Shown: piece after piece, positions 39,479-53,350 of the stretch | Layout: each line of letters begins with the position of its first letter | Position numbering within the stretch: the stretch's first letter is position 1 | Assembly (NCBI RefSeq): GCF_006345805.1 | Contig: NC_043011.1 | Span: 56,370,464 to 56,434,463 of the forward strand | Length of the DNA stretch: 64,000 nucleotides | Reading direction: 5' to 3' | DNA from: Octopus sinensis | Lineage: Eukaryota | The notes under the pieces: model-generated | What the model saw: only the letters and a program-made list of their open reading frames with translations | Databases searched by the model: none | Told to the model about the DNA's origin: nothing | Made by a program: the position numbers and the translations under genes

Positions 39479-39859
39479 AATACGCGAACAACTTCCACCA
39501 ATCTTAGCTTATAATGTTATGAATTTGGCTGGGAGGAACAAACGATTAAACTGATGCCCTTTCTTCACTGATACTATATACAGGGTCATCGATTCACATA
39601 AGAATGAAAAGAGGAATATGACTAAAGCATGGCGAAGCAATAAAATATTTTCTTTTCCTTTTCTCCTTCAATAGTTTTAGCCGATTATATCGACTCCAGT
39701 ACTTTGTCTGGAATTTAAGTCAGTTATGTATTTCTCATAGGAAAGGGTAAATATAAAACTGACTTGGCCCTAAAGGGACATAACTTAGGCAGAACAAAAT
39801 AACGCAAAATATTCTGATGTTCAACCATATGACTTCATTATCGCACGATGATGTATATA

Positions 39860-40529
<670 letters not shown>

Positions 40530-40533
<4 letters not shown>

Positions 40534-41071
40534 CGGACACTGGTAGTATGTGTCATAAAAATCATCTTTCATTCTTAGCGTTTTTGAGAAAACCTTATAT
40601 TTAGGAAGTTATTTCACGCTAAATTTGTAGTATTTTGGTAATTTCATCCAATCAATGATGTGTATTCAGCTGAAAATTACTGCCGTTGTTTGTCAACAAG
40701 AACTTCCCGCGGTGTATTTTTCGTTTGTCACTGTTATTTATGACAACCCTAACCCTAAAACCTTAAAGCTAAAACCAGTACAAACGCACGATGTCATAAA
40801 TAACAGTGACAAACGAAATATACACCGCCGATAGTTCTTGTTGACAAACAACGGCAGTAATTTTATTCAGTTGAATACACGTCATTGATTGGTTGAAATT
40901 ACCGAAATACTACAACTTTAACGTGAAATAACTTCCTAAATATAAGGTTTTCTCAAAAATGCTAAGAGTAAAAGATGTTTTTTTATGACACATTCTACCA
41001 GTGTCCGAAGTTTGAAAGTGCTTAGTTACAAAAATTATTTTTAAAATTTGTCGGTCAAAAAGTAAAGATCC
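40530..41071. mobile_element. Foldback MITE with about 215-bp inverted arms, related to the GGATC family
   Basis: Arms 40530-40745 and 40792-41011; spacer contains CCCTAACCCTAA; right end AAGATCC. Confidence 0.8.
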
Positions 41072-41399
41072 AAAATTACGGACACGTACACGACCACACG
41101 TTAGTGTACACAATTTTGGCGACATTTCGTTTCATGATTCAGAAAGCGAAGCTACTGAAATTGGTAGAAATCGGCCATAGTCAAAGTAGAATAATGTTCA
41201 GCTGTACTCGGCTAAATTCTGTAATTAAATGTAACTCAAAAGATGCTTTTCTATACAACTGAAGGTCTATTTCGAAATTGTTTATATATAGAAAGAAATG
41301 GCTGACTATTTTACACGTCAAAATTGTGACAATTGTGAAGAATATCTTTAACACCGAAAGAAATTATGTTGTACGCGATATCTATAAATACAACGAACA

Positions 41400-41660
41400 T
41401 TGAAGAAAATACAGTGAACTTTCTTATGCTGTGATGAACTAATGTGTTTGGTAACTCGCCGAATGAAAGAGCTCGGAGGTGTTGTGTATGCAGGCGTTAT
41501 CAAAGTATTAGACAAGATTCTATCTTTTGGGGATCTCATATCTCACTGTTTCGTCTTGTGTTAATGGGAAGCAGTTGACTGCTAGCAATGTCGTTATGGA
41601 GCAGCTCAGGGTCAGTAGAGAAACAGTTGTCGACTTTTATTTCACAAACGTGTTACCGGC
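41400..41660 (+). pseudogene. Merlin/IS1595-like transposase N-terminal remnant
   Basis: Broken frames give CCDELMCLV..RCCVCRRYQSIRQDSIFWGSHISL..LRVSRETVVDFY, resembling the zinc ribbon and the SIRxxSxF..SHL / VSxxTVVDWY motifs. Flanked by 22-bp inverted repeats (41125-41146, 41694-41715). Confidence 0.6.
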
Positions 41661-41873
41661 AGGTGACGATCTCTGCAGGCTTCATTAGTTCTACTTTCTG
41701 AATCATGAAACGAAACATCACCATAATTATTAAAAAAAAAAAAAAGAGTACAGGCGCAGGAGTAGCTGTGTGGTAAGAAGCTTGCAAGACGCAACGAAAA
41801 TTTTAGAAAAATAAAGAAGGAAATGAGTGGAAATTTTACCGGTGCGTGTGTTAAATTATAAGGCACTAAAAGG

Positions 41874-42285
41874 GGATCTTTTCGGTTTGAACAGCAGTTT
41901 TTAACATAATTTCTAGGTAACTAAAAATTTTAAAACTTCGTATACTGGTAGAATGTGTTTATAAAACATATTTTTCTCTTGGCTTTATTGAGAAAATTCT
42001 ATAGCTTGTAAGATATTTGTTGTTTTTTTTCTTCAATTTCTGCAATTTCAACCAATCAAATACGTCTATTGAGGTAAAAAAAAGCATTCTGTACTGTATG
42101 AATATGTCCTTCGTTTAAGAAACAGATTAGGTTTATTTACATTTGTGAAGAAAAAAAGATATCCTTCCCTAACCCTAACCCTAAAACAGATTGAAATGCA
42201 ATAGATCGATACTAGGGTCATAATTATGGGTGACAATTTCATATGACACCGCTAGATAAAACTGCCGTTCAAACCGAAAAGATCC
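41874..42285 (+). mobile_element. Same MITE family, TSD CTAAAAGG
   Basis: TIRs and 8-bp direct repeat at 41866 and 42286. Confidence 0.88.
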
Positions 42286-42805
42286 CTAAAAGGGAATGAC
42301 TCTCCCCAGACAACAGAATTTGTTTCAACACATGATTTACACGAAATCGAAGCCTACTAGTTACCCGCTTAAAATTTCAGCGCGAAAAATTACTAAAGGA
42401 AAGTGGAAACACTTAATGCCATTTCAAAAGTGTTTTGCAGCTTAGGTCTTATGCATCCTGGTATCTAGATATCCTGTAATTTTAGTAGGTATGTGAAAGA
42501 TATTGTTTAACTTGGTTTCTCACAAACACTAACACGTTTTTTGTTTTTCGTCCAGACATCGTTACCACTAATTTTTATAACTTCAGCATTCGTTTATTAT
42601 TCTTTTCAAACTTTTCAAACGTATTTCTGCAAAATGTCATCTTAAAATATGTGTAAATGAAGGGGTAAAATTTTCGAGTACCAAGGAAGGGGGCTGATGC
42701 AGTTTCGCACCTCACCTTCAAAAATGCACTTTTAAAAAAAAGATTTCTTCGGAAACGTGTCTGTGTATGTGTGTATATACGTGTGCGTGTATATGTATGT
42801 ATGTA

Positions 42806-42882
<77 letters not shown>

Positions 42883-43502
42883 ATCTAATGTAGGATATAT
42901 AACTTACAAAACTTATTTTGTAAGTTACATATATATATATTTCTTTACTACCCACAAGAGGCTAAACACAGAGAGGACAAACAAACGGATTAAGTCGATT
43001 ATATCGACCCCAGTGCGTAACTGGTACTTATTTACCAGTTACGCACTGGGGTCGATATAATCGACTTAATATATATATATAGGTACTTATATATATATAG
43101 AAATAACATGTGAATGGAGAATAACGACGGAAGGATTACAAAAAGCGTAAAAATAATTGAAAATATAATGAAATAAAAACGAAGCCAAAACACGAAAAAA
43201 AAAATTATTGAAAGTGGGTAGAAATAAACACTACGTGGTGTGGTAGTACTACGCTAGGGTATCTTTAGAAGGTTGAATTTGATTTCGGAATATAGCGAGG
43301 AAAAATTCGGATCTTGGGAATTTTCCAAAAGTCCTCTTCCCACCCCCTTGGAAAAGATTTCCCCCCAGAAATTTCTTTATAATCGTAATGTATGCCGTTT
43401 GAAAGGTCTTTCTCTAAAATTTCGTGGGAACCCCCCCCCATTTTGCTGAAGGTTACGAGGGAAAAAAGCTCGGTAACCTTTGTAAACATGACAGCTAGCT
43501 TA

Positions 43503-43800
43503 CATATGTATATGTGTATGTATGTATGTGTGTTTGTGTATATGTATGTATGCATGCATGTATGTGTGTTTGTGTATATGTATGTATGTATGTATGTGTG
43601 TTTGTGTATATGTATGTATGTATGTATGTGTGCGTGTATGTATTTGTGTATATGTATGTATGTATGCATGTATGTATGTGTGTTTGTGTATATGTATCTA
43701 TGTATGTATGTATGTATGCATGTAAGTGTGTTTGTATATATGTATGTATGTATGCATGTATGTATGTGTGTTTGTGTATATGTATGTATGTATGTATGTA
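43503..43800 (+). repeat. (TATG)n/(TG)n compound microsatellite (similar tracts at 14025-14220, 21540-21705, 39853-39967, 42790-42885)
   Basis: Seen directly. Confidence 0.95.
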
Positions 43801-43921
43801 GTGTTGATATTATGAGAGGACAAGGAATAAAACCTTTTCTTTTGAAACATTGGATCTCGAAGTGCATAATTTAGTAGAATGGCGGCTGTGGTAGAAACTT
43901 TTTGAAGATGTCACCCTATGG

Positions 43922-44100
43922 CAGTGCTTTTCAAACTTTTTGCTGGAGCGGAACCCCAAGGAAGCATTTCACTGGCTAGAGGAACCCCTGGGCAATAATT
44001 TAATAGTCTTATGCACACATATCTGCACAGGAGAATTAAAAATCACTGCCGATTTTAGCAGTTTTGTAACTTCTTGCGGAACCCTAGTTGAAAACCACTG
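43922..44100. mobile_element. hAT (Charlie-like) MITE
   Basis: TIRs CAGTG(c/g)TTTTCAA; 8-bp TSD CCCTATGG. Confidence 0.85.
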
Positions 44101-45151
44101 CCCTATGGAATGATAATGTCTAAATATGCACAACATGGAAACTCTATGTACCTTTTAATTTAAAATAAGAACGAATTACCGTCTTCTAAGATCGATCAGT
44201 ATTTGACTGGTTTATATTTTATCGTCCATGGGTGGATGACCATGGCTGGATTGAAACTAAACACGTCAAAAAGACGTGGCTAAATATCGTTCTACATATT
44301 ATTGCCTGTTTCTCTATTGATTCTCTCATCCACTTTACAATAAATAATTAATATTAGAACTGAGATAATTCCATTAATTATATTAACGAAAGTTATCTGC
44401 GATGTTATGTCACTTTGTAATTATGCAACTCTCATTTTAGACTATCGCATATGATGACAACTTAAATATACGATAATCAAAAGTAATAATGCTTTTAACT
44501 CGAGGGATTATTAGCAAACAACCACTTCGTCCCCATGTTGAAATTAAATAAATTGAAACGGTTCCCATTTAATTTCTATGGGAGTATGGCTTGAGGATTT
44601 CAGTTCAGCATTCTTATCTAATGGCATTTACTAATTAGGGAAAATTGTGACATTATTTAAGACTTGGTAAAGCACCTGTGATGAGATATGAATTATCATT
44701 CAGCCGACATGAGCTAAGAAGGGAGCTACAAGACGACTGCTGAACCTGCTAAAAACAGTAACTAAATGTCTCAATTCGTACACTACCGTCTTAAAAAGAG
44801 AGAGGACACATACAAAATACTTGGTGGTCACGATTGGAAGAACTTTGATCAAGTTTAACCTAACTAAAATAATTGTATTTTCGACATTTACTCTTCTTTA
44901 TTGTGTCTGGGGAGTAGATACAAAAACTCTTCTTTGGCCCCAAATATGTTTTAGTTCTATCGTAATATGTTGGCGGTGTTCCCATAGAATAGCGTCGATG
45001 ATTATTTAGTGCGTCGTAAACCATAATTTCTTCGGATGTGTAAGGCTTTAAGCATTATAAATTACTATTCTGCAACGCAAAATGTTTTGGAGAGGGTGTT
45101 TTTGCTCTACACACTTTCGTAACTTTTTAGTTTTGATTTACTTCAGATTTT

Positions 45152-45571
45152 GGATCTTTTCGGTTTGAACGGCAGTTTTTAAAAATAATTTCCACGTAAC
45201 TAAACACTTTTAAACTTCGTATACTGGTAGAATGTGTTTATAAAACATCTTTTTCTCTTGGCTTTATTGAGAAAATTCTATGGTTTGTAAGATATTTGTT
45301 GTTTTTTTCTTCAATTTCTGCAATTTCAACCAATCAATGACATCTATTGAGGTGAAAAACATCCAGTGCCGTATGAATATGTCCCTCGTTTAAGAAACAG
45401 ATTGGGTTTATTTACATTTCTGAAGAAAAAAGATACCCTTCCCCCCACCCCTAACTCTAACCCTAACCCTAAAACATTGAAATGCAATAGATCGATACTA
45501 GGGTCATAATTATGAGTGACAATTTCATATGACACCGCTTGAAAAAACTGCCGTTCAAACCGAAACGATCC
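45152..45571 (+). mobile_element. MITE with about 28-bp GGATC TIRs, 8-bp TSD and internal (CCCTAA)n; Merlin-like
   Basis: TIR GGATCTTTTCGGTTTGAACGGCAGTTTT; TSD CAGATTTT on both sides. Confidence 0.88.
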
Positions 45572-48424
45572 CAGATTTTTTACCCTGAATTATATTCTAA
45601 AGATCTTAGGCTATGATTTTTCAAAAATAAGTGTTACTTTTTAAAACATAAATCTAAAGTAAAATATTTCGACAAAAGATCCAAAATTCAAACTGAAGAA
45701 TTGTGCAAAGGAGGCGGGGAGGTTTCTCAGGGGAAAGCAGGTATTTTCTACGCTTAAAACAGAACCCTGGCAGGTCCTATACATAAGTTGCGCAAGAATT
45801 TGTAAAGCACGAGTTCAGGATCAACTTAAATGACACCTTTGTTGAATGGAACTAATTCTGTCTAGATGTTCAATATTTTTATTATCATCTTGAGAGATGA
45901 GCGGGGAAGAACTACAATCATATATAGGTGTAGTATGGCCGAATGGTTAAGAAATTCGCTGAGCACTCATGAAGTTTCGGTTTTTTGTCATCTTGTATTG
46001 GAACAGCATTTTTGTTGATCCATTGCCTGATAGAATTTAGGCATTTTCCTAGTCCCAAGAGTTGTACCAAGTATCAGTTTATAAACGCAGCAATCGGACA
46101 GAAGATTTTGCACAGCTAGAAGTAGCAGTCAAGTCAAATTCAATACTTGATCCATTTGATCAATTCAAACTGCAAGAAATAACGGCTAAATGTACTTCAG
46201 ATCACATCCTACCGTCTTAGAAAAAGGACAACTCGCTGAATAATGTAGTTCTAGCTGCACAATCTAAAAACAGACGGGATAGTCACGACTTGAACGCCTG
46301 TGACCATTGGCATCTTAAATGACGGCCAACTTAGGACCGGAAAACAATACTTATGTTAGAAAAGGACTTTATTATTCTGGAATGTGAAGATGAAAATGAT
46401 GATACTAATATTTTTTATAAGTTAGCATATTTTTTGTTATTACCCGGAACATTTGTGTTTAAATATGTACAACAATTTTCCCGCCAGATGACCCAGGAAC
46501 ACAGCTAAGTCAGATGGCACAGATAGACAAGAACCTCCGTCGTCATGAATATAGCACAATTGTTTCCAGTTACGTTGGGGGTAGCCACATTTTGCTGCAT
46601 CTGTAGCTTATTGCAAACTCCAAGCAGTATGTCTCTCTCAATATGTAATTATTGCTGTTGTATTTGTAAAAGACCAACACAGTTTAACGCTATGTAGGAT
46701 TATAAATCTTCTGTTAAATGTTCGTGGGTGTTGTTCAGTTCCTTCTTCATGACGCAGCCCAAGAAACATATTTTATTGATCAATTCAACAAGTTACCAAC
46801 ACAGTCCACCCAACAACAATAACAACACCCACGCAACAAAACTATTTAACGTGGCTACAAGTTCAATGTCAGCGTTTGACTTCTCAGTTTGAATAAAGTT
46901 TACTAAACATGAAAGATTGCGTGCGACTGCAGCTTTGAATAAATTTAGCACGCCTCGACAAATAGCTTCATCTATTATCAATGTATTTCAACTCGATTAC
47001 ACAAATGGGAGAAGATTGGTTGCAATACCGTGCTGATATATAGCAAGAACTAACAACCTTCTGAATAGAATTGACAAGAAACAACGGGTTGATGTTGTTT
47101 TTAATCAAAATATAGTGAGCTGGCCATACGCAGTGTCTGTAATTGCAAAGCCCCTAGGAATCGAAGAAATAAAGTTTAGCAATATAAGAACTGTGATAGT
47201 ATTATTATTTCGCCCCCCTAAGTTATGAATAATGGCCGCAAGGTGGTCCTGTCTTAAGGTATCGGTTCCAATGCTATCTTACGTCTGTTGTGGCCTGCTG
47301 TCAATTAACACTTAAAAACTCAATGCATTGCTTTGTCCGGGACCTAAATCGTTCTCGCTGAATTATTATCAGAGATTTCATTAATCAGCCCGTTTCCATA
47401 AATTTGCAACAATTGGTGCGTGTGAAGAGAGTGCAGAAGATGATACGATCCCCAGGAGACTCATAGTATGTAATAATTTGAGCATTAGATAATTCTTCAC
47501 TTAGGGACGGCTTCTTTGTCGAGCTACTTTGATGGGAAAACAGATACAATGACTAGTAACAATGTCTTAGGCAACTTTTTGGATTAGTGTCGATGCAGAA
47601 GAAAATATTGAGACATTGCAAGCTAGATTTAAACCTCAAGCAACAATTAACATTGATGTAATTCTTAATGAACAGGATAATTAATACACCCAAGAAGTGG
47701 TGAACAGAGTAACTAACACATCAAAGAAACAGTGACATAAATATTGATAGTGAACAAAATGCAGAATCAGTCTCTTTAAGCTCTGACTATTATTCCAGAT
47801 TCTATTAATAAAGACTGTGATAGTTGACCATTGGTACAGGAATGGTGTAAATGGTGTTCGACGCATTTCTCGAATAACAAAGAGAGTTAAACTAATTTAC
47901 TTCCGACAGTCGGGATATTTTTCTTATAATATTACAGAGTTGTATACGTTTTACATACTGGTTTAGTCTATCAGCTCAGTATTTGAGCTTGTCTATTGAG
48001 TTCAATAAAGCTCTTGAATCTAAAGAGCGATTACGACGCATTTGTGTCTTCTTCAACTCGTAATATTTTTATTAGCTTTTTGATGTTTTCGGCATAAAAA
48101 TTATAAAAAGGAAAAAAAAAGAAATCAATGAAATATGTTTGCATTAACTTAACTATAGATTAATGATTTCTTTTAATTAGATCTTTTTTTTTTTGATGGA
48201 GGGAGTCTGTACAATCGGTCACGCAATCATATTATCGATTGTATAAAGGAGCATAATCGATTAAACAATCTTGTATATTACTGATACTTATCGACATCAC
48301 TAGCTTAAAGACTGAAATTGATTCAACCTGAAATTAGAACTTAGTACCTAGGAAGCCGAAGCTAATTACAGGGAAGACATTTTAGTCTTACGCTCCAGTT
48401 GTTTCATAAAACAGCGCCATCCGA

Positions 48425-48480
48425 TATTGACCAATGAGAAGACGTGTTTTCGTGACCGGCGTTGCTACGGCAACCGGGAC
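48425..48480. promoter_or_regulatory. Candidate promoter: CCAAT (48431) plus palindromic RFX X-box GTTGCTACGGCAAC (48461-48474)
   Basis: Near-consensus 14-bp X-box in CpG-dense unique sequence. Confidence 0.5.
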
Positions 48481-48919
48481 GCTTAACGACCACCATCCAC
48501 CTTGGCAAGTGTTTAAAGAATTGAATTTTAAAACGATTATTTTCACCTGTGAGCACTATGACAGCTATTCTCTGTAATTGGCTAAATAATGAGCTAAAAC
48601 TTTCAAAAACAATCGGTACGTTGTTCTTTCACTTCTAAATCAATTGCTCGTGTTTACCGTGTTCCGAGTTGTCGCTGTCCCAGTTGAAATGTTCGCTCCG
48701 CAAACTTCCATTCCCATCTGTTGGCAAAACTAACAAATATACTAACAAATATATCAAAACACATCACCACTTGTTTTCTTTTCATTTCATAGAATTAACT
48801 AAAAGCATGACAGTGCCTTTATTATTTAATTTCATCTAATAGACAATAACATGAATGATGCGTGTAAATTTGAATAATTAGATGACAATAAAGCTTGAGG
48901 TTACGACTTAGCGGTAAAT

Positions 48920-49390
48920 AGTTATTGAAATCGCCGACACGCCGAACAAAATAAATGCTTTAAAAGCATTTCGTCTGTCTTAACGATGTGAGTTCAAATT
49001 CCACCGAAATCGACTTTACCTTTCATCCTTTCGGGGTCGATTAAATAAGTACCAGTTACGCACTGGGGTCGATGTAATCGACTCAATCCGTTTGTCTGTC
49101 CTTGTTTGTCCTCTCCTGTGTTTAGCCCCTTGTGGGTAGCAAAGAAATAGGCAAATATTATTATTCCAAATCTCAGCTGGCGAAATCGCTAGCACGCCGA
49201 AACAAAATAAATGCTTTAACAGCATTTCGGATGTCTTAACGAAGTGAGTTCAAATTCCACCGAAATCGACTTTACCTTTAATCCCTTTCTGGAGCGATAA
49301 AATAAGTACCAGTTGATCACTGGGGCCGATGTAATCGACTGGTCCCCGCCCGTCTGAATTTCAGGCCTTGTGCCTTAACAGAAAAGGACT
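48920..49390 (+). mobile_element. Two tandem SINE family 1-related copies with different tails
   Basis: Duplicated head and core. The first ends ..GCCCCTTGTGGGTAGCAAAGAAATA; the second ends ..AGGCCTTGTGCCT..GAAAAGGACTACT. Confidence 0.75.
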
Positions 49391-49657
49391 ACTACTACAA
49401 ATACCACCACTACTACTACTACTACTACTAACATTCACTTAAGTCACATATCAGAATAACTGGACTGTTTTATTTTATTTGCTTATGTCACATTCCTCAG
49501 AATTAAACTTATTCTTTTCAATCCTTAAAATTACGGTTAAGCTAGAAACCCTTTACCTACAATATATATTAAACTATAACGAATAATTTATAAGTGTGAG
49601 GCACCAAACTTCAATAATTATGTGATCTAATAAACATGATCTCTTGCACTCAACACT

Positions 49658-49750
49658 GTTGTTATGGGTAACATTTCATATTCGTAAACAGGCGGGAATA
49701 AAATCTTAAATCTCGATTGTCAAATTATTTTCTGTCAAATGTAGGTAAGT
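49658..49750 (+). promoter_or_regulatory. Second X-box-like motif GTTGTTATGGGTAAC followed by strong donor AG|GTAAGT (49745); candidate first exon of a plus-strand gene
   Basis: Motifs seen directly. CpG depletion begins shortly downstream (about 50.2 kb). No coding exon was identified. Confidence 0.35.
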
Positions 49751-51171
49751 ATAATTAATTGTTCGGATAAATATTTCGCTTGTATTTACTGTGTGAATTT
49801 AATTGCATATTGTAGTATGGTGAAGCAGTTAAAGTATACCTTATTCAGAAAATGCTAAGTAAAGCTTATAATTAATTAATAGTAAATTATAATACCGAAA
49901 CATTGCCATAATTATTGATATTCTAGATTCTATAGATTTTGTTGTGCATCATCAAATATCGTTTGATATCCAGGCCAGTCCTGTTCGAGTCGAAACGTAT
50001 AAAGACAGTCCAACCACGCCTATTTTGACATCTGTTTTCGAACAAAGTATATGGGTCTTTCGTGTACTAAAGTGCAGATTGAATTTGAAGGGTGGATTTG
50101 ACTACTCTTTCTAGCAGATTAAGCGACCACATTGAGGCCCTCCCGTGCGTTTTTCGTTAAGTTTGTAATAGTTGTTGATAAAGTTCAGTTTTCCTCAAAT
50201 ATATAATGTTGATATTCAGAATCAGTGTCTCCACACACACGCGCACCCGTACATCCATCTATTCATCTATACATACATCCATCTATCCCTAATAAATAAA
50301 TACATACATGCATACATACATACATACATATATACATACACACGTTATCTATCCATCTTTTACTTGTTTCAGTCAGTGGGCTGCGGTCATGCTGGGGCAC
50401 TGCCATGAAGAGTTTAGTCGGAAAAAATCGATCACAATCATCATCATCGTTTAACGTCCGCTTTCCATGCTAGCATGGGTTGGACTAAAGTCTCTTTTTG
50501 CTGAACGGTTATCTTCCAGGGATGTAAACAAGCCAACACCGGTTGTCAAGTAGCAGTCTCTTTCACTCACTCACACACATGCGTGCGCACACACAATGGA
50601 CTTCCTTTAGATTCCACCTACCAAATCAACTCACAAGGCTTTGGTTGACCCGGGACTAGTGTAGAAGGCACTTGTACCACATAGTGGGACTGAAACCAGA
50701 ACCCTGTGGTTGAGAAGCAAACTTCTTGCCATGCCTGCACCTATGTGTCATCTCTGTAAGGTGGTTGGTACTAGGAAGGGCATCCAGCTGTAAAAACCAT
50801 GTCAGAACAGACAATTGGATCCTGGCGCAGCTCTCTGACTTGCCAGCTCCTACCAAACTGTCCAACCCATACCAGCATGGAAGACGGACATTAAATGATG
50901 ATGATAAGGAAGATAATGCACATGTGTATTGAACACCATGTTACCAACTGAGTTGAATGGCTTTTGCTGAAGAGGTCTAATTATACTGAAACATGTCTGT
51001 TGCTTCCCCTCTAATTCAAATTATCTCCCTTGTTTGAAACTGCCTTAATAAGAAATTTGTCTACTATTTGATTGTTCTCAGTTGATTGGAGCGTCTCGAC
51101 TCATTATATTACATAGAAGATTCTATAGTATTTGTACAAATAATCTCTAAGTTATTGTGTGTGTGTATATA

Positions 51172-52379
51172 CAGGGTGCAGTGAATAAATTGTCATCTAA
51201 ATTATGCAAAAATGAAAATAACACTTGACATCTCATTTTAAGATAGACTTGCTAAAAGCTCATGAAAATATCTTGAAATACTAAAGAGTAAATTTATTCG
51301 ATAAAATCGCCATTGGCTTCAACCACAGCCTCCAGAAGACTTTGGAATCTCCTGCAACTTTTCTGGACGGTCAACTTGTTGAAGTTGGTAAACACTGCCA
51401 AAGCCCTTGCCTTCAGTTCATCTTTGGGGTTACAAGGAGTTTTGTTGGTCTCTCACTCAACTGTGCTCCACACAATAATGAAAGGGGTTGCAGTCTGGGG
51501 AGTTAGGGGTGATGTGGTCGCAGAAATTGAAAGCCATGACTGGGTTCTCCTGCTTGTGTGGCATGGTGCAGAGTTCTGTTGCCAGACATAGGGTCTTCCA
51601 GCAGCCATTCTCTTAACTCAGGGCTCCAAGCACTTGATGTAGGTGTCCATGTTGAATCTGAAGCCATATGGAAAGATGAATGGAGGCCTAACATTGCCAT
51701 CGCTAGTGATCACTCCAAACACCATGATGTTGACCGGATGTTTGAGTTTTATCACTCTCGGTACATGTTTTGGGGATACAGCAAGGCAATGGTTGTTCTG
51801 CATGTTCAGTTGGAGGGAATGCTTGAGTTTGTTGAAAAGTTTTGTAGCATGGTCTTACCTCTTGTCCTTGATGACTTGGAATAAAAATAGGCCATTTCTC
51901 AACTTGTATAAGGGTTACTGAATGTCTTCATGCACTACCTGCCTGATAACAAACTCAGGCACTCCCATGTCCCTGGTGATGGACCTGATTGACTTGAAGG
52001 GATTGTTGTCAATCATGGCCTGGACCTAACCAACAAATTCAGGAGTTCCTTTCTTATCAGAACAATCAGAATGAGTTTTCCGAGTTGCCGTACTTACTTT
52101 CGTAATCACCATTAGACTCATCCAACTCTTTCCAAATCCTCTGCACTGTCCTCAGATTGACACCCAAACACTCTGAAATGTTCATATTGGAGCTTCCAGC
52201 ATGGATGTCAAGCACTACAGCATGTTGTTTTCAAATTTCTGGCAGAGTGAATTGTGTCATGGTGCTGTTTTTCTTATAGATGGTGCCCAACTGACCCTAC
52301 TATACTGTGTAGTTGACAAAATCAAAAACAATGTGAAGTTAAAAATATAAAATGGCAACAATTTACCCATCGCACCCTA
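51172..52379 (-). mobile_element. Tc1/mariner-superfamily element (maT/DD37D-like), near full length, decayed
   Basis: Imperfect TIRs CAGGGTGC...TAAATTGT flanked by TA. Broken transposase: KSIRSITRDMGV, HPVNIMVFGVITSDG, WQQNSAPCHTS. Confidence 0.85.
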
Positions 52380-52382
52380 TAT

Positions 52383-52421
<39 letters not shown>

Positions 52422-52439
52422 GCACATACATATATATTA

Positions 52440-53350
52440 TCATCATCATCATCATCATCATTTAACGTCTCCTTTCCATGCTAACATGGGTTGGATGATT
52501 TGACTGAGGACTGGCGAACCAGATGGCTGCGCCAGGCTCCAATCTGATCTGGCAGAGTTCCTACAGCTTGATACCTTTCCTAGCGTCAACCACTCTGAGA
52601 GTGTAGTGGGTGAGTCTGGCGGTACTGGCAATGGCCACGCTCAAATGGTGTTTTTTACGTGTCATCTGCACAGGAGTCAGTCCAGTGGCACAGGCAACGA
52701 CCTCGTTCAAGTGTTTTGTTCACGTGCCACCGGCACAAGTGCCAGTAAGGTGATGCAGGTAACGATCATACTCGAATGGTGCGTTTTACGTGCCATCGGC
52801 ACAGAGGACAGTTTGTTGCTCTGGCAACGATCATGCTCGTAGGGTACTCTTAGCACTCCACTAGCACGGATGCCTGTCATCGAATTTGATTTCGATTTCG
52901 ATTTCACTTGCCTCAACAGGTCTTCGCAAGCAGATTTTAGTGTCCAATGAAGGAAAGGTACGCATAAGCGGGCTGGTTACACCCCTGGCATAGGCCACAA
53001 GGTTATGGTCTCACTTGAGCTTACTGAGTCTTCTCAAGCGCAGCATATTTCCAAAGAATCCAGTCACTAGTCATTGCCTTGGTGAGGCCTAATGTTCGAA
53101 AGTCATGCTTCACCACCTCATCCCAGGTCTTCCTGGGACTACCTCTTCCACAGGTTCCCTCAACCACTAGGATGTGGCACTTTTTCACACAGCTATCCAC
53201 ATCCATTCTTGCCACATGGCCATACCAGCGCAGTCGTCTCTCTTGCACACCACATCTGATGCTTCTTAGGTCCAACTTTTCTCTCAAGGTAATAACACTC
53301 TCTCGAGTATGCACACTGACATTACACATCCATCAGAGCATATTAGCTTC
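52440..53350 (-). mobile_element. 5'-truncated RTE-clade LINE (ORF C-terminus plus long 3'UTR, (ATG)n tail)
   Basis: ORF 53329-53021 RRLRWYGHVARM..VEGTCGRGSPRKTWDEVV. 3'UTR ends GACGTTAAATGATGATGATG. Confidence 0.9.

Noticed and set aside
43265-43874. Long YVCM/HTYI-rich ORFs (also at 14.0, 21.5 and 42.6 kb)
   Set aside because: Microsatellite artefacts.
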